This document shows positions 1 to 11,719 of a DNA stretch of 64,000 nucleotides, one piece after another (position 1 is the stretch's first letter; every line of letters begins with the position of its first letter). The stretch is from Corallochytrium limacisporum Hawaii (lineage: Eukaryota > Protista > Pluriformea): assembly GCA_002811645.1 (NCBI GenBank), contig PDIP01000054.1, positions 58,438 to 122,437 on the forward strand, given 5' to 3'. The notes beneath the pieces were generated by a model that made no database searches, was not told the origin of the DNA, and saw nothing but the letters and a program-made list of their open reading frames with translations. The position numbers were made by a program, and so were the translations under genes.

Positions 1-729
1 AATATAATGAAATAGAATGGAATCAATATAAGTTATTATACAATCAAGATTGAAAAAGATCCTCGGGAGTCAAGTTTTTCGGAGTTTTGACCCTGACATA
101 CCAGACAGAGGGTGGTACTGCGAAAAGGAAAAATGGGCGCACCAAGCGAGCTGCCGGGCTGCCCAAGCCGCCACCGACCCACGGTAGATCAAATCCCGAG
201 GCAAACACACGCACAACACACGCTCGCTTCCGCGCAAATCGACCCGGTGTGGTGCCTAAGTGGCCGCCCGGCACGGTACGGCAGGCCAATCGTCGGTACT
301 TTCGGTACTGAGACAGGGCCTGGGTGAGAGCAACGGATGATGGACAGGTATGTGATACGTGATGTATAGGTACTTATCGCCACATGTGTCGCGTATTAAG
401 TAGCAAATATATGAAGATTTAATCTGTAGAGATTACAACATTGCCCAATAGATCCCTCCATCGATGGGGAGAGCGGAAGATGGGGATGAAGAAAAATTCT
501 TCTCTTTGGCTAAACACTACGTACTTTTATTACCAAATGTCTTCCATTTTTTATCTATTATCCCGTTGTGTGCTGGGTGGTCAACTCCTGGTTCGTCGTT
601 CGCTTCCTCTGTCCCGTCCTCGATACGAGATAGGGAAGGCTTGGCAGAAAAACAATATTAGATAGATAATGCACCTCAAAATTTTGTGATTTTGGTATTC
701 TTTCTATTAATTCTCCAACAACGGACCAC

Positions 730-1640
730 CACAACCGTGCGGAGTGTGTGTGAGCGCTGGAGGCGTACTGAGAGAAGGGAAGGCAGCGGTTTGTGTGTCT
801 GCGTCAGTCAGACAGAGAGAGAGAGAGAATGTGTGTGTGTGTATGTGCGCATGTACACATACAAAAAACCGGGGGGTGGGGGGCTGACCTGAGAGTGCAC
901 CCGCTGCCCATCTCGTCCGGGAGGATCAGCAGAGAAATGGGAGCAAAAGGGAGAGGGGGGGGGAGAAATGGGAAGAGCTTTATAGGTAAACAATGGGGAA
1001 CGAAACAAAAAAAGTGGAGGAAATGGTCGAAAGTGAAGGAAACATTCCAAAAGGTTTGCAGAACTAAAGTTGAAGGGGAAGGAATTAAGAGGGGGAAGAC
1101 AAGGGTGGGTGGTCAGGACAGAATCCCCACATCGCCTCCTTATCCGGTAATAAAAGTACTGCAGAAACCACCCGGTAGGGAGGGCGCGTTGGCATGTCCT
1201 GGCCTCCCTGGCCTCTTCTTTTTTTTTAAGCTTGCTTTCGCTTATCTTTTTGTTTCGGCTTCCGTTTGTTTCGTCACGGAATTATTGGCTGGAACGTTGG
1301 GGGAAGGCGGGTGACGACGCACGCAAGTCAGGGAGTGGAGAGTTTTATTGGCTCCCTCTTCCCCCCCCCCCAATTCCCCGGGGAGTCCCTGCCTTGTTTT
1401 CTTGTTTTTTTTTTCCCTTTTCCTCCCCCTCCCACTTTTCTTTCTTTTTTTTTATTTGTGTTTTGTCGTCTATCTCTTTCTCTCCTTTCTGTATTTTTTT
1501 TTTGTCGGAAACGGTGTAGGATGGTGAGTACCAACGTAGTAGTCGGGAGAGTTAGAAGGGAAAGGGGGGAAGACCGCCCCCCGGGGGGAGGGGGGCAAAG
1601 TGGTGGTGGTAGGGATGGCGAGGTGGGTTTTTATGGCACT
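730..1640. promoter_or_regulatory. Low-complexity intergenic island upstream of syntenin
   Basis: Dense G/C/A/T runs, GA and GT microsatellites, purine-rich left half and pyrimidine-rich right half, C6G6 at 1577-1588. Regulatory role is inferred from position; boundaries are approximate. Confidence 0.5.
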
Positions 1641-1982
1641 CGCTGGTGGGCCCCTGACGCTCTGGATAGCTTAATGGAATCCACCGAACAGGAGCGCGAG
1701 TGAAAACAGAAGCAATTGGCAGTCTGTGCGGCGAAGACCTGTTGGGTTGTGCCTGTGGGTTTGTGTGCTGTATTGCTAGATGTGTGCCTGTTCAGAACTC
1801 CCACAGCGTCTGATAAGGCAAGGATCCGCCACAAGAGATTGAGCCACCGACCACACTGCGAAGGTATGAGAGACAGTGAACGGCAAGGGCGATGCATACA
1901 TGACCGTGTATTGTGTGAGCATATCTCAAAAACGACTATCGATCAGCAACAAGTAAAAGTAAAGTTAAAAAGCAAAACAATC

Positions 1983-2789
1983 ATGAGCCTCTATCCCAGT
2001 TTGGATGACATCGGTGGCCCCCAGGCACCTCTGAGGCCTCCGGCAGTGATGAATCATCCGGCCACTCGCCACAGTGCCCCAAATGTCGGTGACAACCCTT
2101 ACGCTGCTGCTCAACAGGAGCTGCAGTTGTTCATGGGTATGCAGGTCACTCCCGAGGTCAAGCAGGAACTTGAGACGTACATGCCTCGTACCGTCGAAGA
2201 GCGCCGTGCCTTCATTAAGCAGGGAGTTCGGGAACTGCGCCTGTGCAAGGGTCAGGACAACAAGATCGGTGTGGCTCTGAAGGCCATTGACAAGGGTGTC
2301 TTTGTATCCACAGTCGTGGCGGACACTCCGGCCGCAGTTGCCGGCCTTCGTTTCGGTGATCAGTTGCTGCGCGTCGGTGAGGAGGACGTGGCTGGCTACA
2401 GCAGCAGCAAGTGCATGAAGCTTTTGAAGAAGATGCCCCCGGGTGGCTTCAAGGTATATGTCCGGGATCGCCCCTTCGAGCGCACAATTACTCTGAACAA
2501 GGACAAGAGCGGTCATCTCGGTATCCTGTTGTCCGGTGGCAAGGTCAAGGCTATCGGTAAGGACACTAGTGCTGCCCGCAACGGTATGATTATTAACACA
2601 CAGGTTCTGGAGATCAACGGCCAGAACATTGTCGCTTTGAAGGACAAGGAGGTCAGCAAGATCATCGAAAACGCCGGCCCACGCGTCACTCTGACCATCA
2701 TTCCCTACTCCATCTACAAGCACATGATCAGCAACCTCGGTGAGAAGGCCATTGCCAAGGTCCAGGACCACTCCATTCCCTGGTTCTAA
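1983..2789 (+). CDS. SDCBP: Syntenin (tandem-PDZ adaptor)
   Basis: Starts MSLYPSLDD like animal syntenin (MSLYPSLED); two PDZ domains (IKQGVRELRLCK...GLRFGDQLL; RDRPFERTITLNKD...G); ends DHSIPWF. Start set at the ATG at 1983 by this homology, in an A-rich context. Confidence 0.93.
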   Translation: MSLYPSLDDIGGPQAPLRPPAVMNHPATRHSAPNVGDNPYAAAQQELQLFMGMQVTPEVKQELETYMPRTVEERRAFIKQGVRELRLCKGQDNKIGVALKAIDKGVFVSTVVADTPAAVAGLRFGDQLLRVGEEDVAGYSSSKCMKLLKKMPPGGFKVYVRDRPFERTITLNKDKSGHLGILLSGGKVKAIGKDTSAARNGMIINTQVLEINGQNIVALKDKEVSKIIENAGPRVTLTIIPYSIYKHMISNLGEKAIAKVQDHSIPWF

Positions 2790-2980
2790 GCGTTAAATTT
2801 CATATCCTTGTTTGTACCATTATAGAATACATTCTCTATCAAAGCATAATTCAATTTCATTACTAAATACTGCTCAATGTAAAGATCTCTTGCGGACGTT
2901 GGAGGCTGTTTAATGGGTTGTACTTACGTAATGTCAGTATGTATGTATATATATGTGAGTCATGACCGTGAATTGACAAT

Positions 2981-3760
2981 TCACATCAGATGCTCACCGG
3001 TACCGATGGTCCGTATGGACCCGATGTCCTCTTCTTCGGCCGCAACAGAGTCCTCATCAATTGTCAACGAGAGAGGTTTGCCTGGTGCACACCGGGTGTC
3101 ATTCGGATCAATACACAGACGAATGGAGGTCATGACCTGGCCGGTTGCTTCATCCACAATATTCATCCAGAAGTCTGTGCCGAGAATGGTCTTGACATTC
3201 AAGTACATCCAAGTCCACCGGCTCACTTTTACGGTCACCTCGTGCAAATTGAGGTTAACGCAAATGTGTTTGTTGCCAAGAGGCGTGTGAATCCGTTGGT
3301 CTTTGAAGTTCATGTGAAGGTGGTAGGTCTCGCCCCCCTTCAGGGTCCTGGGTGCACCCGGCCCGGCCAGATCCGGCACGCTGAAGTCCATGACCGCGTC
3401 GGCTCCCAGCAAACCAAATTTCTTGGTCTCCCATTGTTTCTTATTCGTATCAAAAGTCTGAATCTTTACCCTAGGCGTAAACTCTCGAACGCCTTCCTTT
3501 ACATTCAAGGTGAACACTGCAGCTAGTTGCTGGTCTCCACAGTGCTTCTTGCTTGACCCGGCCGAGAAGTCGACAAGGTCGACGTCACCCAATGGCACAG
3601 TCAGATCCTCTCCACCACGGGGAAGCGAGTGCGTTGAGTCCAGCAACAGTTTTTTACTCACCCCATCACTGCAATCTGCTTCATAGGTTGCAAAATAATC
3701 TGCAGCCACGAAATTCGACGACGCGATCAGCAGGGCAGTTATTGCAGACACAAGTCGCAT
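2981..3760 (-). CDS. Secreted protein of unknown function (259 aa)
   Basis: Signal-peptide-like N-terminus MRLVSAITALLIASSNFVAA, beta-strand-like composition, 5 Cys, coding-like codon usage; no family recognised. Confidence 0.75.
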   Translation of the reverse strand: MRLVSAITALLIASSNFVAADYFATYEADCSDGVSKKLLLDSTHSLPRGGEDLTVPLGDVDLVDFSAGSSKKHCGDQQLAAVFTLNVKEGVREFTPRVKIQTFDTNKKQWETKKFGLLGADAVMDFSVPDLAGPGAPRTLKGGETYHLHMNFKDQRIHTPLGNKHICVNLNLHEVTVKVSRWTWMYLNVKTILGTDFWMNIVDEATGQVMTSIRLCIDPNDTRCAPGKPLSLTIDEDSVAAEEEDIGSIRTIGTGEHLM

Positions 3761-3939
3761 GGTTACTGTATATCTCAAGTCCGGCTGCGAATGCTAGCGA
3801 TTAGTGTCAAAAGAAATCCATCCAAATGATTAATTCAGACCACAACAGTATAAATACCACACACAATAGCCACATACACCAACCGTCGCGGGTGGCTGTT
3901 GCGATGTAGGGACGTACCCATGGCTGTTCGGGCTATCCG

Positions 3940-4450
3940 GGCCTCCTTCGAACGTTGCCCCCGGGCGCAGAAGGGAGCGAGATGGGTCAGGGGGGGGAGG
4001 GAGGAGGAGGAGGGCGCACAAACTCCGTTCTCCTTTTTCCACGAGATCCCTATATAACGGATACCCTAATATAACAATGTTAGATGAATTAAACCACCGA
4101 ATCCTCATCGTCCGTCGCCACTCCCCCTTTCCCAATCCCCCCCCCCTCCCATTCAGTCCCGGTAGGGAAGGGGGGGTTCCCTTTCCCGCTGCTCTGCCTT
4201 CCCGCAGGTATTATTTCACAGTCCACGCTGAGCAGGAATTCTCCATAGCGAATCTATGGAAAAAGGGCGGAGGACGCAACCCCTTTTTTGGCAGCAGTAA
4301 AGCGATCGTAACTTGGTCGCGGTCATTCAATAGCAAATGTACTGCTAAGTGAGAACGATAAGATCCGAACGAGTTCGAGAGCGGTGTCTCTGCTTCTTTT
4401 CCTTCTCTCTCTCCTGTCGCTACGGAGTCTCACCCCGCAGAAAAGGAGAG
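3940..4450. promoter_or_regulatory. Low-complexity island in a divergent promoter (secreted protein / NDR kinase)
   Basis: G8, C9 and G8 runs and CT tracts between two head-to-head genes. Confidence 0.45.
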
Positions 4451-4751
4451 CGCTGTAGGCGATTTAGGCAGGCGTTTTCGCGGTGAGTTTTAAATATGAA
4501 GTGACGTCCATTTCCTGTTACCAGTAGCTGAATGGCTATTTCCATGGTCAATCTGACATCCTAAAGAACTTGGACAAGGATTACACTATTTATTACAAAT
4601 CTGAAACACTAAAAGTTCATCACTGAGTTGACAAACACGCGGAAGTACTCGAGATTTGTATATCAGTTTATCTCATAGTCACATTTGTGTCTTCTGAACA
4701 GCAGTGGTAAACGGAGAGGCAGTCCAGCGACAATTCAGGAAAACTGTCAAG

Positions 4752-6296
4752 ATGGCGAACGCAAGCCATGGTACATTGCATGACTTGAAGCAGAGGCAGG
4801 GTGGCTCGGGTGGTTCGGGGCAGGGCGAGATCTCGGAACTCACCAAGATGAAATCCGAGACAGCCAAACAGTATTTCGAGCAACACTTCAAGGGCGTGAT
4901 CCTGCAGCGAAGTGAAATGGAACTGCGCAAACAGGAGCTGAATCGTAAGATGCAGGCCTCGGACCTGACGGAAGACGAAAGAGCAGAACTGCGCAACATT
5001 TTGCAGGAAAGGGAGACCAACGCCCTGCGCGCGCGCAGGGCACGGAATCTGGGCAAGGACTCTTACAAGCAGGTGAAGGTGATTGGTAAGGGTGGATTTG
5101 GTGAAGTGCGTCTGGTCAAGGACAAGAATTCAAAAGAACACTACGCTATGAAGATGCTCAAGAAAGCGACCATGCTGAAGCGCGGTGAGCTGAGCAATGT
5201 TAGCAGTGAACAGTCCTTATTGAGTCGTGCAGACTCTCCGTGGATTGTCAATCTATTTGCATCTTTCCAGGATAAGGATTATCTGTATCTGGTTCTGGAG
5301 TTCTGTGTCGGTGGTGATCTGCTCAATCTCCTGATCAAGTATGACGTCTTCCCGGAGGTGGTGGCCCGCTTTTACGCCGCGGAAATCTTTTCCGGGATAG
5401 CTTACATGCACTCTATCGGGTTTGTGCATCGTGACTTGAAACCAGACAACATTTTGATCGATAGTACGGGTCATCTTAAGGTTACTGATTTCGGCCTTGC
5501 ATCAAGCTTCGGCATCAGCGCCGACAGTTCTCTCTACCGCAAGCTCAGCCAAGGCGAACTGCAGCACATCATGGACCTCATCACTCCGAGCAGCGAGCGC
5601 AAGAAGAAGGCCATGACAAAGGCCGGTGCGAAAGGAGGGGATTTTGACAAACTGACCCAGAGCGAGAAGGTCATGACCTGGAAGCGGGCCCGGAGGGAGA
5701 TGGCTTTCACCATTGTCGGCACACCGGATTACATGGCACCGGAGGTCTTCCTCGAGAAGGGCTACGGCCGGGAGGCTGACTTCTGGAGTTTGGGAGTGAT
5801 TCTCTTTGAAATGGTTGTGGGCTATCCTCCGTTTGCGTCTATGGACGGCAGCCGGGAGCCCAGGGAGACTGCCCTTCGCATTGTCCACTGGCGCGACCAT
5901 CTCAAATTCCCTCAGGATTCGAACGTTAGTGAAGAGTGCAGGTCGCTCATTGTGTCCCTTCTCACCGATTCAGACAAGCGTCTGGGTCGTCGTGATGTCA
6001 TGGACATCAAGCGTCACAAGTTCTTCGCGAAGCTCAACTGGGAACGGCTGCGCGAATATACCCCACCATTTGTGCCCAAGCTTAGCGGCCCGACCGACAC
6101 CCGATACTTTGACGCCGAGGAAGACATTGTTGGCCGGGGAAGGTTCTACGACACCGCGGCCGAAGAGCAGGTGCAATGGAAGCTCGCCAATTTCACATTT
6201 AAACGCGATGTAACGCCCGCGGTGCCGAGTGTGCGGGAGGTTCGATCTGGCAGTCGCAGCAGTGTCAAGGAGGTCTTCGGTGGTGGTCCAAAGTGA
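4752..6296 (+). CDS. NDR/LATS-family AGC Ser/Thr kinase (NDR/Cbk1/Orb6-like)
   Basis: N-terminal MOB-binding-type region (QERETNALRARR), GKGGFGEV, HRDLKPDN, DFGL, long insert between subdomains VII and VIII, VGTPDYMAPE, AGC tail with DTRYFD and hydrophobic motif LANFTF. Confidence 0.93.
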   Translation: MANASHGTLHDLKQRQGGSGGSGQGEISELTKMKSETAKQYFEQHFKGVILQRSEMELRKQELNRKMQASDLTEDERAELRNILQERETNALRARRARNLGKDSYKQVKVIGKGGFGEVRLVKDKNSKEHYAMKMLKKATMLKRGELSNVSSEQSLLSRADSPWIVNLFASFQDKDYLYLVLEFCVGGDLLNLLIKYDVFPEVVARFYAAEIFSGIAYMHSIGFVHRDLKPDNILIDSTGHLKVTDFGLASSFGISADSSLYRKLSQGELQHIMDLITPSSERKKKAMTKAGAKGGDFDKLTQSEKVMTWKRARREMAFTIVGTPDYMAPEVFLEKGYGREADFWSLGVILFEMVVGYPPFASMDGSREPRETALRIVHWRDHLKFPQDSNVSEECRSLIVSLLTDSDKRLGRRDVMDIKRHKFFAKLNWERLREYTPPFVPKLSGPTDTRYFDAEEDIVGRGRFYDTAAEEQVQWKLANFTFKRDVTPAVPSVREVRSGSRSSVKEVFGGGPK

Positions 6297-6514
6297 AAAC
6301 ACGCAAATCAGAAACGATAGGAAAATATAAAACATACAATCATTTTGAAAACTTTACTTTGATGTAGGAAAGATCTTGAAACTGACGAATGCTGTGAAAA
6401 GTTTAACATACAGGGAGAACGATCGTGTTGCCCTGTGCTTTAATGTCCAGTCGTTGGTTTGTACCTTTTGAAAGTCTTGATTCTTTGCTTTTTCTTACTT
6501 GAACGCTCTCTCTT

Positions 6515-7930
6515 TCACTTGGTGATCGCCTGCAGCAGAGCGGGAGCACCCTCACCAGAGCCGTCATGGAACCAGCAGGCGACGCCAATGATGGAGTACA
6601 CACTGACCAACATGGCACCCTCCAGCCAATTGCTTTCGCCGTCGTTGAGCGTTGACGTGACAATCAATACAGAGACCAGCATGATGGTCGTTTCGAACAA
6701 TTCAAAGTTGAGAGTCATTGGCACATCGATGATCCAGCCCATTACGACGGTCAAGGGCACCACCAGCAAGGCAATCTGGATGCTGGATCCCACGGCTACA
6801 CCGATACTCAGGTCCATCTTGTCCTTCACGGCCACTGTTACGGCAGTCACGTGCTCCGCTGCATTGCCCACAATAGGCAACAGAATAATACCTATGAACA
6901 TCTCACTTAAGCCGTAATTTTGCTGCACGGCTTCAATCGACCCGACCAGGTACTCCGAATTGACAGCGACAAGAGCTGTGACAGCAGCCAACAGGAAGAT
7001 GGTGAACCAGAGCGACAGAATTGCCTCGTCTTCCTCTTCTTCTTCATCCTCAAACATTTCGCTGTGCGTGTGTAGCTGGAAGAAGAGGTACAATCCGTAC
7101 ATGAGCATCAACACAAGAGCCGTGAAGTGGCTGACACCCTCGAGCTTTTTCTCCTCGTCCTGGCCAGCAACCGTCTGCGAAAAGGCAGTGGGTAGGATTA
7201 GTCCCACACTGCTCAGTGTCAGCAAGGAAGAGAAGGTGACTGCACCGCGCGCATTGAACGTCTGCCGGGGGAAGTAGATGCCGCCGAAAAGGAAGCTCAT
7301 ACCCATGACCAGCAACAAATTGCTCAGAATCGAACCCAACAAGGAGCCTTGCACCACGCGCACCAATTTCGGGCCCCTCAACAGTGCCGCGAAACTCACT
7401 ATGATTTCTACTGCGTTGCCAAATGTCGCGTTCAGCAAACCACCAACGATCTGCCCCGTGCGGCAGGCAAGCTCTTCAGTGGCCTTTCCAAGCAACCAGG
7501 CCTCCGGTATGATTGCCAGGAAATTCAGACTGAATGTGAGACCCGGACCCCAATTCAATGCACCACTGAGAATACCCAAGGGGGCAAAGATCAACAGAAG
7601 ATTCACGTAGTTACTTTTCAGGATCCACCAAAAGCTGGACAGGTCATTCATTTTGTACGGCAAAATATGCACCGAAGTGTAGTGTGAGGCACGCCGGGCT
7701 CCCAGGAACGGTGAGCTCTCGTTCGGGGGCAGTTGAGGAGACTCGCCTCCGCGCCGGATTGTAATGTCGTGCATGTCGGGAGGACTCAGCCGATTCACAG
7801 GACCATTACTGTGCTCTCCGGCTGCATCCTGGAGGTTTTCATGGCTCTGGGCGATGTGGTTCAGGTACTCCTTACTCAGGGCCTTCCGGAGGAACTGAGA
7901 TGCACCGCGCTTAGGGCCCAAACCAGACAT
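6515..7930 (-). CDS. Ca2+/H+ exchanger (CAX/VCX1 family)
   Basis: Alpha repeats GGLLNATFGNAVE and LLPIVGNAAEH, GSILSNLLLV, central acidic loop EDEEEEEDE, GSSIQIAL, SNWLEG; about 11 TM segments. Confidence 0.95.
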   Translation of the reverse strand: MSGLGPKRGASQFLRKALSKEYLNHIAQSHENLQDAAGEHSNGPVNRLSPPDMHDITIRRGGESPQLPPNESSPFLGARRASHYTSVHILPYKMNDLSSFWWILKSNYVNLLLIFAPLGILSGALNWGPGLTFSLNFLAIIPEAWLLGKATEELACRTGQIVGGLLNATFGNAVEIIVSFAALLRGPKLVRVVQGSLLGSILSNLLLVMGMSFLFGGIYFPRQTFNARGAVTFSSLLTLSSVGLILPTAFSQTVAGQDEEKKLEGVSHFTALVLMLMYGLYLFFQLHTHSEMFEDEEEEEDEAILSLWFTIFLLAAVTALVAVNSEYLVGSIEAVQQNYGLSEMFIGIILLPIVGNAAEHVTAVTVAVKDKMDLSIGVAVGSSIQIALLVVPLTVVMGWIIDVPMTLNFELFETTIMLVSVLIVTSTLNDGESNWLEGAMLVSVYSIIGVACWFHDGSGEGAPALLQAITK

Positions 7931-8289
7931 TTTTGTTCACCCTAGTGTGGAATACGTTCGTATCTGTATGGATGATCCAGTCTTGTTAAACAACAATTAA
8001 CGAGTTCCCCAGATAGCGTAGGTGTCTGCTTCTTTCTAGTCCATGACGAGCCCCTGTGTTAACAAGAAACCCCTAGTCCAAACGGATTCGGCAGGTTACT
8101 TGGAAGAAAGTTAACCCTTGCTTAGTAGAAGATCGCACTTACTACCATCATATCCTTGAATCAATCCAATATCTCTTGTCCAAAGTACCATTCACGTCAT
8201 ATAACTACCGGTCGAATGAATGGGTCTCATTCCATACGTCCTCTATTTCTTCCTTATTCGACGGCCAGTGACCCCCCCCCCCCACCCCC

Positions 8290-8491
8290 NNNNNNNNNNN
8301 NNNNNNNNNNNNNNNNNNNNNNNNNNNNNNNNNNNNNNNNNNNNNNNNNNNNNNNNNNNNNNNNNNNNNNNNNNNNNNNNNNNNNNNNNNNNNNNNNNNN
8401 NNNNNNNNNNNNNNNNNNNNNNNNNNNNNNNNNNNNNNNNNNNNNNNNNNNNNNNNNNNNNNNNNNNNNNNNNNNNNNNNNNNNNNNNNNN
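8290..8491. other. Assembly gap
   Basis: N run flanked by C-runs. Confidence 0.99.
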
Positions 8492-8593
8492 CCCGGGGCA
8501 CCCCCTCGTCCCGTCCGTCCGTGCCCGGTAACAAGAGCCCCACCCCCCCCTTTCTCTCCTCACTCTTCGTAGAGAGAGAACGCAAAGGCCAGG

Positions 8594-8598
<5 letters not shown>

Positions 8599-8640
<42 letters not shown>

Positions 8641-8670
8641 CACACACACACACACCCACACACCCACACA
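8599..8670. repeat. Compound (GA)n/(CA)n microsatellite
   Basis: About 19 GA units followed by an imperfect CA tract. Confidence 0.95.
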
Positions 8671-9336
8671 AGAGTCTGTCACCTCCGAACAGGCCAGGCA
8701 GCGCTGCGAGCAGGGCAAATGAAAAAGATTAGCAGCGGGCCCAAGACAACCGTCACAGAACGAGAGAGACCGAGAGACCGAGCGAGAGTGAGAGAGAGTG
8801 TGACAAGACAAGGGAGCGGGTAGCGGGAGAAGTGGTCAGAACGCGGACACCCCGGGCCGGTCGTCAAACACCGAGAGAGAGAGAGAGAGAGAGGAAGGGA
8901 GGGGGGGAGAGAAGGGTGAGTAAGTATAAATACCAGAACGAAGAATAAGAAGGCGACACGGAACGAATCCAAAAATTAACACAGAAGAAAAGAACTCAGA
9001 CAAGCGGCACCGTTGAGGAGGAGGAGGAACGGAGAACCCCTCCCTCCCTCTTCGCGTGCGTGGGTGTGTGTGTGTGTGGCCCTGTAGCTACGTAAGCTTC
9101 TATTCTGGGGTTCCCTTGTTATTTGGTTCTCTACTTTTACTTCTTCTCTATTTTTTTCTCTTTTGGTTTCCCGGGGCCTGGTGGTAAAGGGGAAAAAAAG
9201 GAAGGGTGTGTGTGTGTGTGTGTTTTGTTTGTTGACGGCGACCGAGTATATTTTGTTCCGTTGGGGCGCGCATAGCTTTCCTAGTATCGGTCCGAAGATC
9301 ACCAGCCAAAAAACTATAATCTCCCCCCCTCCCTTC

Positions 9337-9421
9337 NNNNNNNNNNNNNNNNNNNNNNNNNNNNNNNNNNNNNNNNNNNNNNNNNNNNNNNNNNNNNNNN
9401 NNNNNNNNNNNNNNNNNNNNN
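9337..9421. other. Assembly gap
   Basis: N run flanked by C-rich runs. Confidence 0.99.
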
Positions 9422-10619
9422 CCCCCCCCCCCTAGGGTCGCGCCCAGTGCCGTATCTACCGAATTCAAGACTTTTCTTCGCAAGCAAACCGATGTAAAAG
9501 GGAAAAGTCTCCCGGTGCAAAGTATATTTTTTTCCCTTTCGGCCCAAAAAAAATAACGCCGCTCTCACTCCCACTGTGGTCCCTGCGTTTTTTCCCTCTT
9601 TTTCTTTTTTTAATATTTGTGTCTGACTCCTGCCTTTTTGTTTCTCTAATTTTTTTCTCCCCTCCTCTCAGAAAAACTCTCTCACAGATCCGGGGGCTCC
9701 CTCCATTTTTACGTTGCTCACCCCCGCCGGGTTTCCAACTCTTGCCCAAGGAACGCGGACCCGGTACTGAACGTACCGTACTCTCTCCCTCTCGTCCTCC
9801 CCCCCCCAATCGCTGGAATAGAGAATTTTTTTCTTGTTCGATCCGAACGGGCCGTGGGGGCCGGACGGGTTCTTTGCGGGTGATGGTGGTGGTGGTAGTA
9901 GCCTGAACCTGTGTGTTAACTGGCCAGAATGCGCGGATCGCACAACGGTGAAACTCCCGAGGACTCTTGGCAAAGCGGTGGTGGGCTCGGCCCGTTTGTG
10001 TTTGTCCCTTCGGGGTTTCTCAGGGGTGTTGTGCTCCACCACTAACATTGGTGGTAAGACATGGGCCACATGCTGCCAGCAGCGCGGTATGGAAAATTTT
10101 CACCACACCGAACCCGTCACGTTCTTGGTAGCGCCATGTCGATATCTACAGTACGGGGCAAGCAATTTGGAGTTCGGACTGGTTACTGAATTGCGCTTGC
10201 ACACCGCGATCAGTATCGAGGGGTGCCCTGCGCTGATGAAGGTGAAGAATCTATTTCTAAATGGGATTAAGTGATGAATTGAACGATGGAGGAACCGATG
10301 AATATGAGCGATTGTCTTCCATGTATATCTCTATCAATACTTCGTCGGTCGCATGCACGGTGTGGTTGATGCCGACGTGCTGGCTCATACGGACAGGACA
10401 TTGGGGAAGACAAAGACGTAAGACCAAAAGGTTACAGCGAGGCGGGGCGTGTGCCTCTGCACGATGACGATTGTTGACTTGCGTACGTAAGTTCTCCGCT
10501 TTTTGCGACATACCCGTGCGTACAGATGATGTGCACACATATCACAGCATTTACCCACATGCGTGCGTGTGAGACACGCAGACAAGAGCACGATGGACGT
10601 AGACCCTTTTGTTGTATCG

Positions 10620-11146
10620 GACCATGGGGGCCTTAGGGCCTCGGGTGACGACGGTGGTGACGCATCGCTTAAAACTTAAAACGAGGTGGGGGCGACGACT
10701 GCGTAACGCCTAACCCCCCCCCCTCCTTTACCCATTTTCTTTATTGGCGGGGCAGGGGAAGGAGAAAAGCGTAATGGTAAGAAACAAAAGGAGGTAAAAA
10801 AAAACAACCAACAAAGAAACAGAGAAAAAAAAACTTGCCTCGGCGTGTATATGCAGCGGCGGTCCCGGAGAGGGTGACGGTTCGCTTGGTGGGGGGGATT
10901 GCCTAGGTTTCAAAAAAAAAAGAAAAGAGAAAGAAAAGTTTAAACCACCAACGTTGGTGAAAAGAAGTTCCTTCTTTTACTTTTTTTTTAGTTCTTAAGG
11001 CCTGCCTTGGCGCTCTATAATTTTGGACCTTCGTTGTCCTTTCACTTTTATCTTTAAGAAAATTTTCTAAAAGTTTCGGGGTTGGTTTGGGCACGCTGGT
11101 CCTACCCGGCACAGCAACGCCCTCCGCGCACAGACACACAGACGGC

Positions 11147-11178
<32 letters not shown>

Positions 11179-11440
11179 CCGACGGGGAGGTTACAGAGGG
11201 AGAGAGAGACAGAGAGCAAAATACAAACGGCAAAACAAGGAGGCGGCGGGCCGGGAAGAGGAGCGGGGAGGGGGGGGGTGCTGCGGTTTTCACCGCCTAA
11301 TGAAACTATGGCAGCAGCAGGCGAATACCGAACTCGAACATTGCGCGGCCGCGAGGGGAGGTCGGGGAGGTGGAGCCAGAGAGCAGCGTGAGCCGTGCTG
11401 GCTCGGCAGTGGGCCGGGCGTAACGCGGCGTTTTTGAACG
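10620..11440. promoter_or_regulatory. Low-complexity island downstream of the CoA-transferase gene
   Basis: A/T/G/C runs, (GA)11, G10; ApT-poor. Confidence 0.4.
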
Positions 11441-11719
11441 GTATATGGCCCCTCTCCTTAATGGCATGCTTGGATGGTTGTGTCTTTAGTGTGTGGAGTT
11501 GATCACTGGCATCGCCAGCGCCATGATGCTTGTAATAAGGGAAATGATGATATGTGTTCAAAGGATGTGATGGAGGAAGTCAAAGGTGTAGCCTGTGATG
11601 CGGCCGTTGACAACGATGGATCAATGGCACCGCCCTGCGGTTCATGTTGCTCCTGCTGTTCCTGCTGCAGACGATGATCCTCCCCATCTTCCTCAAAGTG
11701 TGTACTCGCCGGTGCGCCT

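Larger units (their letters stand above)
8260..9900. promoter_or_regulatory. Low-complexity island upstream of CAX (contains two gaps)
   Basis: C-runs, (GA)n, (CA)n, (GT)n and T-runs; no ApT seen in 8492-8718 or 8730-8925. Confidence 0.5.

Noticed and set aside
793-1703. ORFs of 100-240 aa inside islands (also 26759-27410, 29172-30132, 35146-35712)
   Set aside because: Low-complexity G/P/F/K translations; ORF length reflects stop scarcity in biased DNA.
1965-2771. Long antisense ORFs over real genes (also 22155-22883, 31189-31752, 39013-39690)
   Set aside because: Shadows of GC3-rich codon usage.
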